Shown here in pieces: positions 9,088-22,100 of a DNA stretch of 64,000 nt; the first letter of the stretch is position 1, and the number at the start of each line of letters is the position of its first letter. Under the pieces are notes generated by a model. The model saw nothing but the letters and a program-made list of their open reading frames with translations, ran no database searches and was not told the DNA's origin. Position numbers and translations under genes: made by a program. Location of the stretch: assembly GCA_000004985.1 (NCBI GenBank), contig GG738856.1; one strand, 5' to 3'. The stretch is from Naegleria gruberi (taxonomy: Eukaryota).

Positions 9088-12000
9088 TTATTTGAGTTGT
9101 TTCAAACATTGTTCAATAGTATCCTTAGTCTTACTATTCTTGGTCTTTCTTTGAATGTATTCCAATAATTCAACATCACGAGCTTCAAAGGCAGCTTCAA
9201 CAGCCTCCTTGAATTTAAGTAAATTAATCCAATATTCAACTTTGGTTTCTAATGATTCAATTAGAGGAATGTACTTGAGTGCTTCATCAGATCTATCAGC
9301 TTCCAAACAAGCTTCAACAAATGGAATGTAACCAATTGGTGATTTCTTTGCAGTGGCAAATGTTTCTAATTTCTTCCATTCTCCCAAGAATACCAAAGCT
9401 TTGATTTTAGAATAATAATATCTCTTTGGGGAAACTCCAAAATTCTTTTTCAATACCTTGACAAACTTTTTTCTTTCTCCCTTTTTGGCTTTGAGAGCTT
9501 CACTTGTCATGACTCTGTACAGAGTATCTTGTAATGATGCTCCAACAAATTCTTCATCTGTTTCATCTTCCAATTTCAATTGCAACCCGTAGAGTTCTCT
9601 TTCCTTGACTGCAAACTCGAGGTCAAGCTTATCTGCTGATCTTTCCTTAAAGTAAGTTTCTGCCTTCTCAATATAATAGGCAAATCTCTCCTCTGCCTTA
9701 TCATCAACGGAATCGTAATTCTTATAGGCATGTCTAATTTGTGTAAAACCATTTTCTCTTGAGGCAGCTTCTTCATTTTGTTCATTCTTTAAATACTTGT
9801 AGAATTTTTCTAATTTCTTATACTTTCCAAGTTGTGTACAGTAGGAAATGAAAAGTTTTCTTGCCATCTTCTTGTCAGCAATCAATTCATACATGTAATA
9901 AGCATCAAAGAACTTCATCAAATAGAGTAATACAGTGTAAAGTAGATCAGTATCATTACTCTTTTGTGCCTTGTCTAATGCACTCAATGTCTCATGCATA
10001 GATAAGTAGAGTTTGATTTGAGAGTTAGCATTAGAATCTACTTCAAGGAGAGCCTTAGCTAACTTTGGCTTTTGAACCTTGTAAGCTTCCATGGCAATAT
10101 TTGAAAAACTGACACTTGCTGAGAATTTTTCCAAATTCTTAATAATGATATCCTTGAGTTTCAATTGAGAAGTTTCATTCTTATCTTCAATCTTACTTCT
10201 AATCATGGCTTTGGCCCAATGTTCTAATACTTTGGACTTTGCCAAATTCAAATAGTCACAAACCTTATAGGCCAACAAGTATTCACGCATTTCAGAGAGT
10301 CTCTGTACCAAAACTTGAGGAGAAAGTGAAAGAATTTGTTCATAAGTGATTGGAATTTCACTTCTACTTCTCAGTTCATTCATAAGTCTAATATATTTAC
10401 ATTTCAATTGGAATGCTTTTGCTTCATCAATGGTTGTTCTCATGAAATTCTTTCCATAAATGGCAGCATTTAATAATTGTTCTTGAATGTGAACATCAAA
10501 CTCTCTACAAGCAGCATCAATACACTTATTGACACCATCATACAATGCATCAACACTTTGATCTCCCATTTCCTTGTTTTTAATTTCTCTGATTGTCTTT
10601 AAACAAGTAGCTCTTTCATTGACATAATCAGAATAGGCATCATACAATAAGGCAGCAGGTGACAAGCTACCAATTCTGAAAACTTCAACAACACTTTCAG
10701 GAATACGTTCAATCATTTCTACACTTTGAGTAGTATAGTAACGACAGGAATCTATTTCTTGTGAGACAATGATTGGACCATCATATGTGAATGATTCATA
10801 GTGTCTGAAAATAATGTTATTAAATAAATGAAACAAATTAAACTTACCCAAAACAGTTCACTAATAATACAAGAGATTGATCACCACCTCCAATATTTTC
10901 TGGACTCCAATAGAGCATCATTGATTCACCTCCACAATAGGTTAGGGAATCCAATCGGTGTTCAGTAATTCCAGTGAAGAATTTCAAATAATTTGAAGTC
11001 AGAGCCAAATCAAATACAAATAAATTACCAGAAGCTTGATGGAATGCTGAAATGGTTTTGTAATCAGGTGAAACTGATATTTTAGTGAAACCAGAAGTAT
11101 CTCTTTCTGGAATATCTCCTTTCAATCTTTCATTCAATTTTAAATCCTTATATAAATTCGAATAACATGCAATAATTGACATTCTATCTGGAACTGAGAA
11201 GAGAACAAGTGGACCCTTACCAACTTTGAATGATTTGTTTTCAGCTGGTGCAATAGAAGTATTATTCACAACAGTTCTTTGATTTCTTCTTCCCAATAAA
11301 TTACTGAAAAATCCACCAGATTTCTCATTTGATGAAAGTGAAGGAGCCAAGTTGAGAGTTGGTTTTCTAATTGTTGCTGATCGACTTGTTGTAATTGATT
11401 TAGTATCTTCATCATCGTCCTCTTCTTCCTCTTCCTCTTCTTCATTTTCCTTTTCCTCACCACTCTTTTCATTCATGCTCCTTTTCAAATCATTGACTTT
11501 CTTTTTTCTGACTGTCAAATCAAAATTAGTTACAACAGACATTACAACGTGTGTTAATTCAGCATTATTTCCAACTGCACTCTTTGGGAAAATATATTCA
11601 TGGAAAGGTTTAGTTTCTGATAAATCATATGCTACAAGGAGACGTCTCTTTGATGTGAAAACTACACATCCTTCTCCATAAAATGTGTGAGCTCTAATTT
11701 CTTCTTCTGATTGTAAAGGAATTGAAATAAATGTTGCAGTACTTGAATTAGTATTATTATTATTCGAATCATTTTGATTCTTTTTCATTTTACTTTCCAT
11801 AAGTGGACTATCTTTCTTTTTATCAACGTCATCATTTTGCCATGGTCCTGAATATCTCTCACCATTAAATACATTAAATAATGATAAACGTTTTCTATTA
11901 TTTAAATTGAAAATCATAATTCACACCATCATCATCATCGTCATTAACAATTGATCAAATTTTCATCATCAATTAATACATCCACAACAATAAGATCATC

Positions 12001-12442
12001 CATAATTTTGATGAATAAATAGTAAAGTACAATAGAAATAGTTTAAACACATTCACTTTCTAATAAAAACCTACTTGGTCAAACACATTAATTTCATATC
12101 ATCGGTCCATCCAACACCAATCAATGGTTCTTCCTTTGTCATGTCAATTTTTCTCTGAAATTTACAAGCAGCATTATAAATGTAAATAATTTGAGATTCA
12201 CTAATGTTATTATTATTATTAGATGCAGATGATGAAGTATCTAATAAAGTATTTGTTGGTTTTTTAAATAGAGCAATTGGTCCACCAAATGGACAAACAG
12301 AAGTTTCATAATATGACAAATCCTTTAATTTTACTCCTTGATCATTGAACCACGTAATATTGTTGTATAGTGGTATTCTACGATAGTAGAAAAAGTTATT
12401 GTTATATTCTGTTAGTTGAATCCATGAGGCTGCAATACTCAT
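9088..12442 (-). CDS. VPS16: Vacuolar protein sorting 16 (HOPS/CORVET subunit). Three exons: 12442..12075, 11894..10848 and 10804..9088.
   Basis: The N-terminus matches Vps16 (W.QL...FYRRIPLY..W..DLSYY..VCPFGGPIAL). Splices with a GTAGGT donor and ATAG acceptor, then a GTAAGT donor and TTTTCAG acceptor (43-nt intron), keep the frame. The C-terminal alpha-solenoid part ends ...EQCLKQLK. Confidence 0.75.
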
Positions 12443-12703
12443 TTTTTTTTATGATACTGATTGACATGAACTGACATTTGAGGTCTACACTCAACAGAGC
12501 TTTTTTCATTAATCGATTCTTCTTTGGAAATAAGAGAGTAGTCCCAGATTTGATCTTTTGATTTCCAAATTGTTGTAAAAATTGAAAATATTGAAAATTA
12601 CATATTTACAATTTTTTTTAATTATTTTTTAAATTAGTTTTTTCTAAAGGCATTAATATCCACAATTATTATTATTATTATTATTTTAACATCATTTCCA
12701 AAA

Positions 12704-13387
12704 TTAACGAGGAACATATTTGGATGCAGGTGGGTTAATTGTTGAGGAACCCAAAATTTCTTGTTGTTCAGCATATTTAACAGAAATTCTGTTAAAAGCA
12801 TCTCTTTCAATCATTGTTCGTTCATCAGGTGAAATATCATTTGAACCTTTAAAGTTTTGATAATCCCTAATCATTCTCATTGTTAATTTTTCAACTTCAG
12901 AATTAAATTCAGTTGGATTTCTTCCGTAATAATATCCTTGATCTCTGTTTTGTAATTCCTTGTTATTAGTGAATAAGTCAAATACATATCTTCCTCCGAA
13001 ATAAAAAGCTTGACCTAAAACAAAAGAACCAAACAATAGGCCAATTCGTTTTTGAAGTGGTGTCATACCCTTCTTGAATTTTCCTTCATGAACACCTTTT
13101 CTAAGTGTTTTCAATGCTTGAGCACCGACATCACCACCATAAAAACCTTCAATTTTTGCTTCAACTCTTGCTTTGAAAGGCAAATCAGTGCCTTCCTGAA
13201 TGTATTTCTTTTGAATGGCTTCTCTTGTGAATTGTGAATATTCGGATTTTAATAATTCCTTTAAATTACTAGCAGCTGTTGCTGAAACCTTTGGTAAATC
13301 GGATGGTTTGGTAAAAGATGATGAAGAAGAAGATTCGGAAGATGATGACGATGTATTCTCCTTTTGATCCTGTTGTTGTGTACTCAT
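12704..13387 (-). CDS. Hypothetical protein with a Ser-rich N-terminus and one predicted TM helix (IGLLFGSFVLGQAFYFGG).
   Basis: 227-aa ORF of non-repetitive composition. I recognise no family. Confidence 0.35.
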   Translation of the reverse strand: MSTQQQDQKENTSSSSSESSSSSSFTKPSDLPKVSATAASNLKELLKSEYSQFTREAIQKKYIQEGTDLPFKARVEAKIEGFYGGDVGAQALKTLRKGVHEGKFKKGMTPLQKRIGLLFGSFVLGQAFYFGGRYVFDLFTNNKELQNRDQGYYYGRNPTEFNSEVEKLTMRMIRDYQNFKGSNDISPDERTMIERDAFNRISVKYAEQQEILGSSTINPPASKYVPR

Positions 13388-13799
13388 TTTTTTAAAAAAG
13401 CCTATTTATTGCACTTGGAGGCGATTTTTGGATAAAAATAAGAATGGAGGTATTGTTACTACTTTTTATGAACAATTTCAAGTATGCTAAGAAATAAACT
13501 TATTGCAAAATTATTGGTTTTTATTAGAAAGAAGCTAAATTTGTCTGTTGGAAATTGTGTTAGTTTTAAAATTCTCCTTTTATTAATAGACAACAACACA
13601 TCACCTATTGGAGCATTATTAGAACATTTCCCATTAAAATTCACTTTCAAAAAAACAAGATTTTTACTTGTTGTTGTTACAGGTTATTCGACTCCGATTG
13701 ATAGAACGAACTCTCCACTTTGTTGGTCGGTACATCATCTTCTTCTTCATCATTATTAATAGTATATTATTAATTGATTATTAATTTAAAACAGAAGAA

Positions 13800-14979
13800 A
13801 TGCCCTCTTTTCAACATCAAGATGAATTGTTGTGGATTTTGAATAATGTAAATAATTATAGTCAAAATGTACTTCCGAATCTACTCTTCTCAACTTTGAA
13901 TCAATCATTACCAAATATACAGCTGCAGGAAACAACACCCAATGATCCACCTGATATTTTGTTCATTATATTTCAAGTGATTTTTGTAATTTTAAATTGC
14001 ATTCAGTTCGAGTAATATATTATTTACTGTTTGGTCATGGTGTGTTGAGTATGCACCTGCATTGAATGTTCAAAATAGTGAGATTTCGAATGTGACGTGG
14101 ATTTTGAGTCATCTATTTGCACATGGAAACTTTGCATTTGCATTATGTTCAGCAACTTGGAGTGTTTCTATAGCTGTAGCAATTTATGCAACAACGAAGA
14201 AGGTTAAATGGATGGAAGAAAATTATGTCTACGACATATTATTTCACATAATTTCATGGGGTGTTGCCTTAATTTCATTCATTTCAGTATTTACCTACAG
14301 AGTTTCTGCCAAATTGACTGGATTTCATGACCAACATCCAGATATTGAAAATTATATTCTCACCTTTTTCAACTTTTTTGGAGCATTCTATCTTATCATT
14401 GTAAGTATTTGTCAATTTATACTAATAAGCTGATTTCGCGTTTTCAGGCTGCTGTTGTGGACTTTTCTATTTTGTACCTTATTTGGAAGCATGTCGGGAA
14501 TGTTTTATCCAGAACTCAACTTAGGATTGTTGTCAAACAGGAAACAAAGCGAGCCCAACGCAGAATTATTGGAAAATTAAGCTTATATTTGGTCCCTTTG
14601 TAAGTATCTACCTCCTCAATATTTTGTTAATTATTCCACAAACAGTTTGGTTTCCTCTAGTTTTCAATCAATATGGCTATTATACAATGGATGTAAATAT
14701 CTAGTTGGAAGAAATGATGATAATTTTGAGTATTATTTCTACTTGCTATATAGTATCTTTGTTCCAATGCAAGGATTTTTAAATTTCCTAGTTTTTGGTC
14801 TGACATTGGGAAGGTCAGCACTTGTTAAACTTTTACGATGTGATTGCCTTAGGGGCAAATATACAACTTCAGAAGAAAGAGAGTCCTTATTGAGCATTAA
14901 CAATACTATGCTTAATTCCTTAAATTCCAATGTTGGTGTTGGTAGAGAACGTTCTGCATCTGATGATCTAAGTTCATGA
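13800..14979 (+). CDS. Seven-transmembrane receptor of the cAMP-receptor-like / family-2-like GPCR type. Four exons: 13800..14011, 14079..14400, 14448..14599 and 14646..14979.
   Basis: Successive hydrophobic helices are spread over four in-frame exons joined by GTAATA/GTAAGT donors and AG acceptors. The last helix contains FVPMQGFLNFLVFG, a TM7 QGF.N..VF motif as in the cAR/Crl family. The C-terminal tail is Ser-rich. Confidence 0.5.
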
Positions 14980-15432
14980 GTAATATGTTGTCTTCTATTG
15001 TTGTTGTAGTTGTGCATGACCATAGTAATTTGCAAGCCATCATCACATATCATTATAAAACGACATTATTCAACCTCTTGGTTGTGTTTGCATTTTTCAA
15101 TGAAGAAAATGCATCATGAATCCACACCTCAATTAATGAGGAAGTTTCAGTGCACTTATTCGCACTCCATTTTCTCCAATTTTTTACTTTCTAATAAAAA
15201 ACTCGGTATTATCTCTGCTGATTGACTTTAGTTTACAACAAATTTTCAACAATTATTGATAATTTTATGGCGAAATGTTTCAGGCTACCTCGCATAATTT
15301 TGAGTGTTTAATATTGAAGGTTCGGAGACTAACGTTCGATTCTTTGAAAGCACCAAACTTTTACACCAAGAAAAGATACCCCTTTAGGCTTCAATACAAT
15401 TTTCAAAAAAAGATCACAACACCTAATCTAAA

Positions 15433-17132
15433 ATGTCTTCCTTGTTAAAAGAGAGAGTCAAATGTGCTTCCTTGTTGAAGAAGGTAGTCACCCACCCAAG
15501 AGACTTGGTTTCATTGTTTAAACATGGTGATTATATTGGTATGAGTGGTTTTACTGGTATGTAATTTATTGTTGTAGGCTTGTATTCATGATTTATCTTC
15601 GGAATGATTATTTCATAAATACTACAATAATTAAAGGTGTTGGTTATCCAAAGGTTGTTCCACAAGTAAGTAAGACAATTTATCATCCATTATTCATCAA
15701 TTAATTCGGAAAGGCTTTGGCTGATCATGTCCAAGAAAACAAACTTGAAGGTAAAATGAAGTTTAATCTCTTTGTTGGTGCTTCATTAGGTGCTGAAGTT
15801 GAAGATAGATGGGCTAAATTAGATATGATTGATAGAAGATATCCTCACCAAGTCGGAAAGAACATTCAAAAGGGTATTAACGAAGGTAGAATTAGATTCT
15901 CTGACCAACACTTGTCTATGTTCTCTCAAAACTTGACTTATGGTTTTTATACTAAGGAATGTGCTAATCAAAAGAGCCCAATCAATTATGCTATTATTGA
16001 AGCTACTGAAATTAAGGAAGATGGAAGTATTATTTTGGCTGCTTCTGTTGGTGCTACACCAGAAATTCTTCACATGGCTGATAAGATTATTATTGAAGTC
16101 AATACTGCTTTGCCATCATTCGACGGTATTCATGATATTCATCTTCCTTTGGATCCTCCACACAGAAAGCCATTGATGATTGAAAATGTTCAAGATCGTA
16201 TTGGTACTACTGGATTGAAGATTGATTTGAGTAAGGTTGTTGCTATTGTTGAAAGTACTAAACCAGATAACACTGGTGGTAATGCTCCTGAAGATGAATC
16301 CAGTAAGCAAATTGCTAAGAATTTGACTGAATTCTTGATTTCCGAAGTTGACGCCAAGAGACTTCCAAAAGAATTGTTGCCACTCCAATCTGGTATTGGT
16401 AACATTGCCAATGCTGTTATTTCTGGATTGGTTGAATCTCCATTTGAAAATTTAACTGTATTTACTGAAGTTTTGCAAGATTGTTTCATTAACTTGTTCG
16501 AAGCTAACAAATTGAACTTTGCTTCTGCCACCTCTGTCAGATTGTCTGAGGAAGGTTTCAAGAAGTTCTATGCTGATTGGGATAACTATAAGAATAAGAT
16601 TGTTCTCAGACCACAAACTATTTCTAACGCTCCTGAATTGATCAGAAGACTTGGTGTCATTGCTATGAATACTCCAGTCGAATTCGATATTTATGGTCAC
16701 GTCAACTCTACCTGTGTTAATGGTTCTAGAATGATCAATGGTTTGGGTGGTTCTGGTGACTTTTTGAGAAATGGTAAGCTCTCAATTATGCACACTCCAG
16801 CTGCTAGACCATCTAAGAATGATCCAATTGGTATCACTTGTATTGTCCCAATGGTCAGTCACGTTGATCACACTGAACACGATTTGGATGTCTTTGTCAC
16901 TGAATTTGGTTATGCTGATGTTCGTGGTTTGTGTCCAAGAGACAGAGCTAAGCTTATTATTGAAAAGTGTGCTCATCCAGAATACAAACCAATTCTCCTC
17001 GACTACTTTGAAACTAACTTGAAGAAGTGTTTGAAGACTAGCTCTGCTCACCAGCCACACGACTTATCCACTGTTTTCAAGATGTACCAAAATCTCCAAG
17101 AAAAGGGTACAATGAGAATTGAACACTGGTAA
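15433..17132 (+). CDS. ACH1: Acetyl-CoA hydrolase/transferase (ACH1-like). Three exons: 15433..15556, 15637..15665 and 15714..17132.
   Basis: The two short leading exons give [57 protein letters not shown]..., the conserved AcCoA hydrolase N-terminus. All three exons are in frame, with GTATGT and GTAAGT donors. Confidence 0.85.
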
Positions 17133-17311
17133 TCATTTTTGACGTCTGTACTTTAATTTGTAAATAAACCTAAGTTTTGGAAATACTGAACCAAGAGTTG
17201 CCATCTAAGGATTTTCTTATCATGCTAAGGTAGAAAGGCAACAAAATCAAAGTGAATTTAACACAGTACCTTAAGCAAAGCTGTCCATAATATAATTATG
17301 TGAATATATTA

Positions 17312-20300
17312 TTATTTATTTGCCTTCTTTTTCATTATCACTGATAATGGCATGTCATGTTTAAATAAGTGATTAATTAACATGGTAGAAATTTCTGCAA
17401 ATAAATCTTCGTTCATAGTAAAATCCAAAGTGTTCAATTTCATTAAATTTCCTTCCAATTTTGAAATGAATAAATCGTGATCTTGTTTGTGACCGGCTGC
17501 TCCTGGAATATTATTCTCTTGCATGTATTGTTCTTGTTTTGAGAAGAATTTTCTTGTCTTTTCCAAGAAATCACTCAATAAAATTTGTATCTGAATTGAA
17601 TGTTGATCAGCTACCCAAATATAGTATAATTTGTTAACTTGATAGAATAATTCTTTGTGATATTCATTCATTTCTGGGTCAAAATCCATCTTGGCATTCC
17701 ATTTAATGAATGGTTGATTCTTAATCATTTCATCAATCTCCTCCTGTGATGTTAATTTGTTCGTTGAGGATGAGCTTCTACTGTAACGTTTACCATCAGT
17801 TGTCTTTACAATGGATGCTCTTGTATTGGTTTGTTTGGAAGTTGAATAGGATGGGAATGCACTGGTGTGTCTTTTGGCTTTTTCTTCTAATGAAAGTTGA
17901 CTCGTGTCCTTCTTGAATTTAAATTTCATCTTTTGGAAAAATCCTAAACCTTGACTTTGAGATTTCAAACTCTTTAAGGTTTTATCTTCTTCCACTTTGA
18001 GAGAAATTCCTAGCTTCTTTGCTAATTGTTTGGCTGTTACTTTTTGATTATTTTTAATTCCAACACTACAATTGGCTGCTACTAGAATGGTAACAATTTC
18101 TTGATTTTGTTGATTGACTGCAATGTGAAGAGCAGTATCACCTGCATCATTTTGTGCATCAACATCAACTTCTCTTGCTCTTGCAAGTAGAAGAATTATA
18201 TCCTGATGTCCTTTCCTTGTTGCCAAATGAAGTGGACTATCACCATTCTTTTTATCCTTCTCATTTAAACATTCAACTATTGAATCTGTTCCTGACATGT
18301 AGTTAATTAACAATTTCAATGAATTAATATATCCAAAATTAGCACAATGATGAATAATGGTATTTCCTGCACCAGAGAGACGATTCACTATTTTAGAAAG
18401 TGTTGGCTTTCCAAATGCATCCTTAGGTGCTAAATTACCACTACCACTCAAACTTGATGATGATGAAGTTGCACTATCGAATTGATCAACAAATAACTTG
18501 TCATGCTTATTTTGCTCTTCAATTTCTAGGTATTTTGAATTTGTCAAGTGTTGTTGTTGAGTTTGATGATTTGGTGTTGAATTGGTTGGTGATGGACTCG
18601 AATTACTTGTTATATTAAATACAGATTCTTCTTCTATGGAAAGTAAATATCTACACAAATAATCAATTAAATGTGGATGTGGAGCAGCAGAATATAAACA
18701 ATGTTGATCTTCACGATTCATTCTCAAAATACTTGCACCCTTTTCCAATAGAAATTCAACCTTACTCAAATCACCCTCCTCACAACAAGTATGAAGACAT
18801 GTTTGACCTTTCTGTGTTTTAAAATTAACATCAGCACCAAACATGATTAAAGTTTTAGCAATATCTAAATATCCCTTTCTCAATGCCACACTCAGTGGTG
18901 TATTTTCAAAATTATCTTTCACATTCACTTTAGCACCACGCATCAATAAATAAACACAAGCACGAATACAATTATTGGCAACAGCATAAAAGAGTGGAGT
19001 TGAACCACCACCATCCTTCTTCTCTACCAAAGCTCTATATTCATCAATGAGAATACTAATAATTTTGAAACGATTCAAAGAGGCTGCCTTATGTAAAAGT
19101 GTCGTATTCGTTGCATCCTTATCAATATAATTTGAACTGATATTGAACACTTTGCCAGATTCTTCTCTTTCCTTCCTATCTTGTTCCAATCTATTTCTAA
19201 GTTCTTGTATGAAATTATGTTTAATATAATAATTCAATTCTTCTGTAATATCAATAAAATCAGTTCTAATTCCTTTTTGTCTTTCTAATTTAGTGGCTTC
19301 ATCCTCTTCCTCTTCTTCATTTTCTGATACTGTTACATTTGAATTTGAATTTGTTATTGTTGTTTTAGATAAAGTTGATGATTGAGAGTTGTTGGAATTA
19401 TCAACATCAATATTGGTGGATTTTTCAGAATGTTCAAATGTGGTTTCTGATAACCTGTTTGATCGTTTTTTATGGGAAATTATGAATTTGTTATCGGAAC
19501 ATTCTCTATAAATTGTTTTCTCTAAATTCATATAATCTTCTGTTGTTTTAAAATATTTCTTTCTCTTTCGTCTTTGTAAACCAGTGTTTGGATCAATACT
19601 TGGTGATTGTGGAGTTGAAGTAACTGAATCACTTATAGATAGTAATTGAATCATTATAGATGAAGGAACAGATGTTGTTCTATCCAAAGATGACAATTCA
19701 CTACCCACCACTTCATTAGAAATGTTATTCGAAATATTATTAGAAACACCTTGAGTTGTTGTAATAGATGGAATATCATCAAGTAAATCAAATAAACTAT
19801 TTTCTTGATTTTTAGATATTGTTGAAGATGAATGATTATTCAAATTAGTTGAATTATTCGAATTATTATTCGATGATGGTGATGAACGAATTAATTGTTG
19901 TTTAAAATTATTACTTGTTGATGATGGCCTCAGTGATGACATGTTAGAAAATGTTCTCATCAATGGACTTGTATCTTCTCCACCACCACCATTATTAGCA
20001 GCAACAGAAACAGCAGTAACAGTAGTACTACCATTACCTATAACCTCACCAGTTCTATCATCATCACCAGTATTAGTGATGGATGACGAAAAAGCCTTCA
20101 TTGACAAGCCTTTACAAGATGACAAAGATGATGCTAGCACCTCTTCTTCTTCTGAGGAGGATAATTGATTTAAATGATTGGAACAAGTTGTACTCGTTGA
20201 TGATGATAATAATTGTTTCTCATTCTTTGGAACAATAGAATCATGATTGATATTATTAGCAATAGCATCAGACTGTAGATGGCACTGCTGGCAAGTGTTA

Positions 20301-20356
20301 TGGTTGTTTGACATTTTTTTGGTTGAAGAATATAACGCAATTCTTGTCTGTGTCAT
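17312..20356 (-). CDS. Large ankyrin-repeat protein (1014 aa) with Ser/Asn-rich low-complexity regions.
   Basis: Carries multiple ankyrin repeats (TPLFYAVANNCIRACVYLLMRGAKVN, GQTCLHTCCEEGDLSKVEFLLEKGA, GDSPLHLATRKGHQDIILLLA, GDTALHIAVNQQNQEIVTILV). Confidence 0.7.
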   Translation of the reverse strand: MTQTRIALYSSTKKMSNNHNTCQQCHLQSDAIANNINHDSIVPKNEKQLLSSSTSTTCSNHLNQLSSSEEEEVLASSLSSCKGLSMKAFSSSITNTGDDDRTGEVIGNGSTTVTAVSVAANNGGGGEDTSPLMRTFSNMSSLRPSSTSNNFKQQLIRSSPSSNNNSNNSTNLNNHSSSTISKNQENSLFDLLDDIPSITTTQGVSNNISNNISNEVVGSELSSLDRTTSVPSSIMIQLLSISDSVTSTPQSPSIDPNTGLQRRKRKKYFKTTEDYMNLEKTIYRECSDNKFIISHKKRSNRLSETTFEHSEKSTNIDVDNSNNSQSSTLSKTTITNSNSNVTVSENEEEEEDEATKLERQKGIRTDFIDITEELNYYIKHNFIQELRNRLEQDRKEREESGKVFNISSNYIDKDATNTTLLHKAASLNRFKIISILIDEYRALVEKKDGGGSTPLFYAVANNCIRACVYLLMRGAKVNVKDNFENTPLSVALRKGYLDIAKTLIMFGADVNFKTQKGQTCLHTCCEEGDLSKVEFLLEKGASILRMNREDQHCLYSAAPHPHLIDYLCRYLLSIEEESVFNITSNSSPSPTNSTPNHQTQQQHLTNSKYLEIEEQNKHDKLFVDQFDSATSSSSSLSGSGNLAPKDAFGKPTLSKIVNRLSGAGNTIIHHCANFGYINSLKLLINYMSGTDSIVECLNEKDKKNGDSPLHLATRKGHQDIILLLARAREVDVDAQNDAGDTALHIAVNQQNQEIVTILVAANCSVGIKNNQKVTAKQLAKKLGISLKVEEDKTLKSLKSQSQGLGFFQKMKFKFKKDTSQLSLEEKAKRHTSAFPSYSTSKQTNTRASIVKTTDGKRYSRSSSSTNKLTSQEEIDEMIKNQPFIKWNAKMDFDPEMNEYHKELFYQVNKLYYIWVADQHSIQIQILLSDFLEKTRKFFSKQEQYMQENNIPGAAGHKQDHDLFISKLEGNLMKLNTLDFTMNEDLFAEISTMLINHLFKHDMPLSVIMKKKANK

Positions 20357-20820
20357 ACCGTGTATGGATAGTCACAAAATTGAATCGCACCTGCCTGATT
20401 TAATTTAACAACGAAATGAGAAATGGATGGCACAATTAATTGAGATGATTCTTAATTGGTGAACTCACATATTATATTGTGAATTCATTTGTTTTCATGT
20501 TATTTCGTTATAATTACAGAAAGTAATGGGGTTGTACTTTTGGTTGATGATGAGAAAATTTTAAATAAGGTTTACTAATTAAAAGAATCCAATAGGATTC
20601 AACAAAATAATGAAAAGTAAACAATAAGCTTCAAAATTATCATCTCTTTCAATACATACACTCAAACACTTTAAAGTCGTCGACTACTCTGTCCACACTT
20701 TCCCTAGTGATATCACTCTTCATTCAAGAAAACCTTAGTTTCTCAGTTCAGTTTATTCATATCTGAAACCTTTAGGCGGGTAAAAGGAAAATCTTCACTT
20801 CAAAACTCTGAAAAAACAAA

Positions 20821-21951
20821 ATGACACTCACAAATGCTGATACACTACCAATAGTAATGACATTTCTTGATGTAAAATCAGTGATATTATCATGTTCACT
20901 TGTATCTAGAGAGTGGAATCATTTAACAAGATTAAATTCCATATGGAAGTTAAAATATGAACAAATATTCATGGAGAGTGTATTTAATTGGACTAAACAT
21001 GTTACAAATTCTTCTAATGATGATGATGATTCCGATTCTGATTCTGATTCGAAAGATGAATCTTCTGATAATTCATCATCTTCAGAATCGGAAGGAAGAA
21101 AAAGAAAAAAAAGAAAGAAAATTAAAAAGTCAAAGAAACAAAAAACAAGAAAATCCAATCAAGAAGATTACTATTGGTTTAATTTATTTAAAAAATGTAT
21201 ATTACTATTTCCTATTTTAGATATTGAATATGAAAATGTTGAACTACTTGCCAATCAATTAGATTACAATGAAATTAAAAAAATTACAAATGTTCAACAA
21301 TTACATGAAATAATTTACCACTTGAAAGAAACTATTAGAAATCAAGAAAATGGTCAATCTCAACTCACTTCTGATTATCAATATAAATTTCACAACAGTA
21401 AGGCACTAACTCTAAACAAGGAAATGAAAGCTAATTTAATGCAATTAGCAACAATATTAACAGTTTTATATGATGGACAATCAATATTCTATTTTACAGA
21501 TAATGTTTTAATTAGAGTTAAAAAGGAAATGTGGCAATGGGCTCATGAAGATGAAATTGATTGTTTTGAATGTACTTTACCTGCTTTTTGCATGTTGGTT
21601 CTCTATCCTAAAGCTGAAGAAAATATTCCCTTAAAGAAGATGAAGAAAAAGTATCATTTAATGGTATCTCCATCTATAGAAAATCATAAAAGGGAAGAAG
21701 AATCAGACTCAGAATCAGACAATGATGATGAAAAAGAAGGAGGGAGAGTACTCAATACAACAAATTCATGTTTCTGGTTAGATATGATGGGATACTCTGA
21801 ACCTGAAGGAAAGAATGATATTTGTTTTTGTAATTACTTTGATTGGTGTCCAAATTTCATTTCCTCAGAAAATTCAACCAACAATTCTCCAACCATTAAT
21901 ACATCAATGAATACAAAGAAGAGAACTATTCAGATATCAAAGTATGAATAA
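20821..21951 (+). CDS. F-box protein with an acidic/basic low-complexity linker.
   Basis: N-terminal F-box LPIVMTFLDVKSVILSCSLVSREWNHLTRLNSIWK, then a DSDSDS/KRKKRKK stretch. Confidence 0.55.
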   Translation: MTLTNADTLPIVMTFLDVKSVILSCSLVSREWNHLTRLNSIWKLKYEQIFMESVFNWTKHVTNSSNDDDDSDSDSDSKDESSDNSSSSESEGRKRKKRKKIKKSKKQKTRKSNQEDYYWFNLFKKCILLFPILDIEYENVELLANQLDYNEIKKITNVQQLHEIIYHLKETIRNQENGQSQLTSDYQYKFHNSKALTLNKEMKANLMQLATILTVLYDGQSIFYFTDNVLIRVKKEMWQWAHEDEIDCFECTLPAFCMLVLYPKAEENIPLKKMKKKYHLMVSPSIENHKREEESDSESDNDDEKEGGRVLNTTNSCFWLDMMGYSEPEGKNDICFCNYFDWCPNFISSENSTNNSPTINTSMNTKKRTIQISKYE

Positions 21952-22100
21952 GATTTTTGTACAACAGAATAGGCAAACAGACTATCAGTCAATTGGAATA
22001 ATACCACCTGTTGGTAGTCCTAAAACTTGAAATTAACAAGTCAATCAAGAAATTAAACATATTTCAATCGGATTTGAAGATACTAAAAATTCTAAGTGAA

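Noticed and set aside
20771-20785. E2F-like TTTAGGCGGGTAAAA upstream of the F-box gene, and TTACGCGAAAAA at 62268..62279.
   Set aside because: Each has one or two mismatches to the consensus and the neighbouring genes are not obvious cell-cycle targets. I mention them only as weak candidates.
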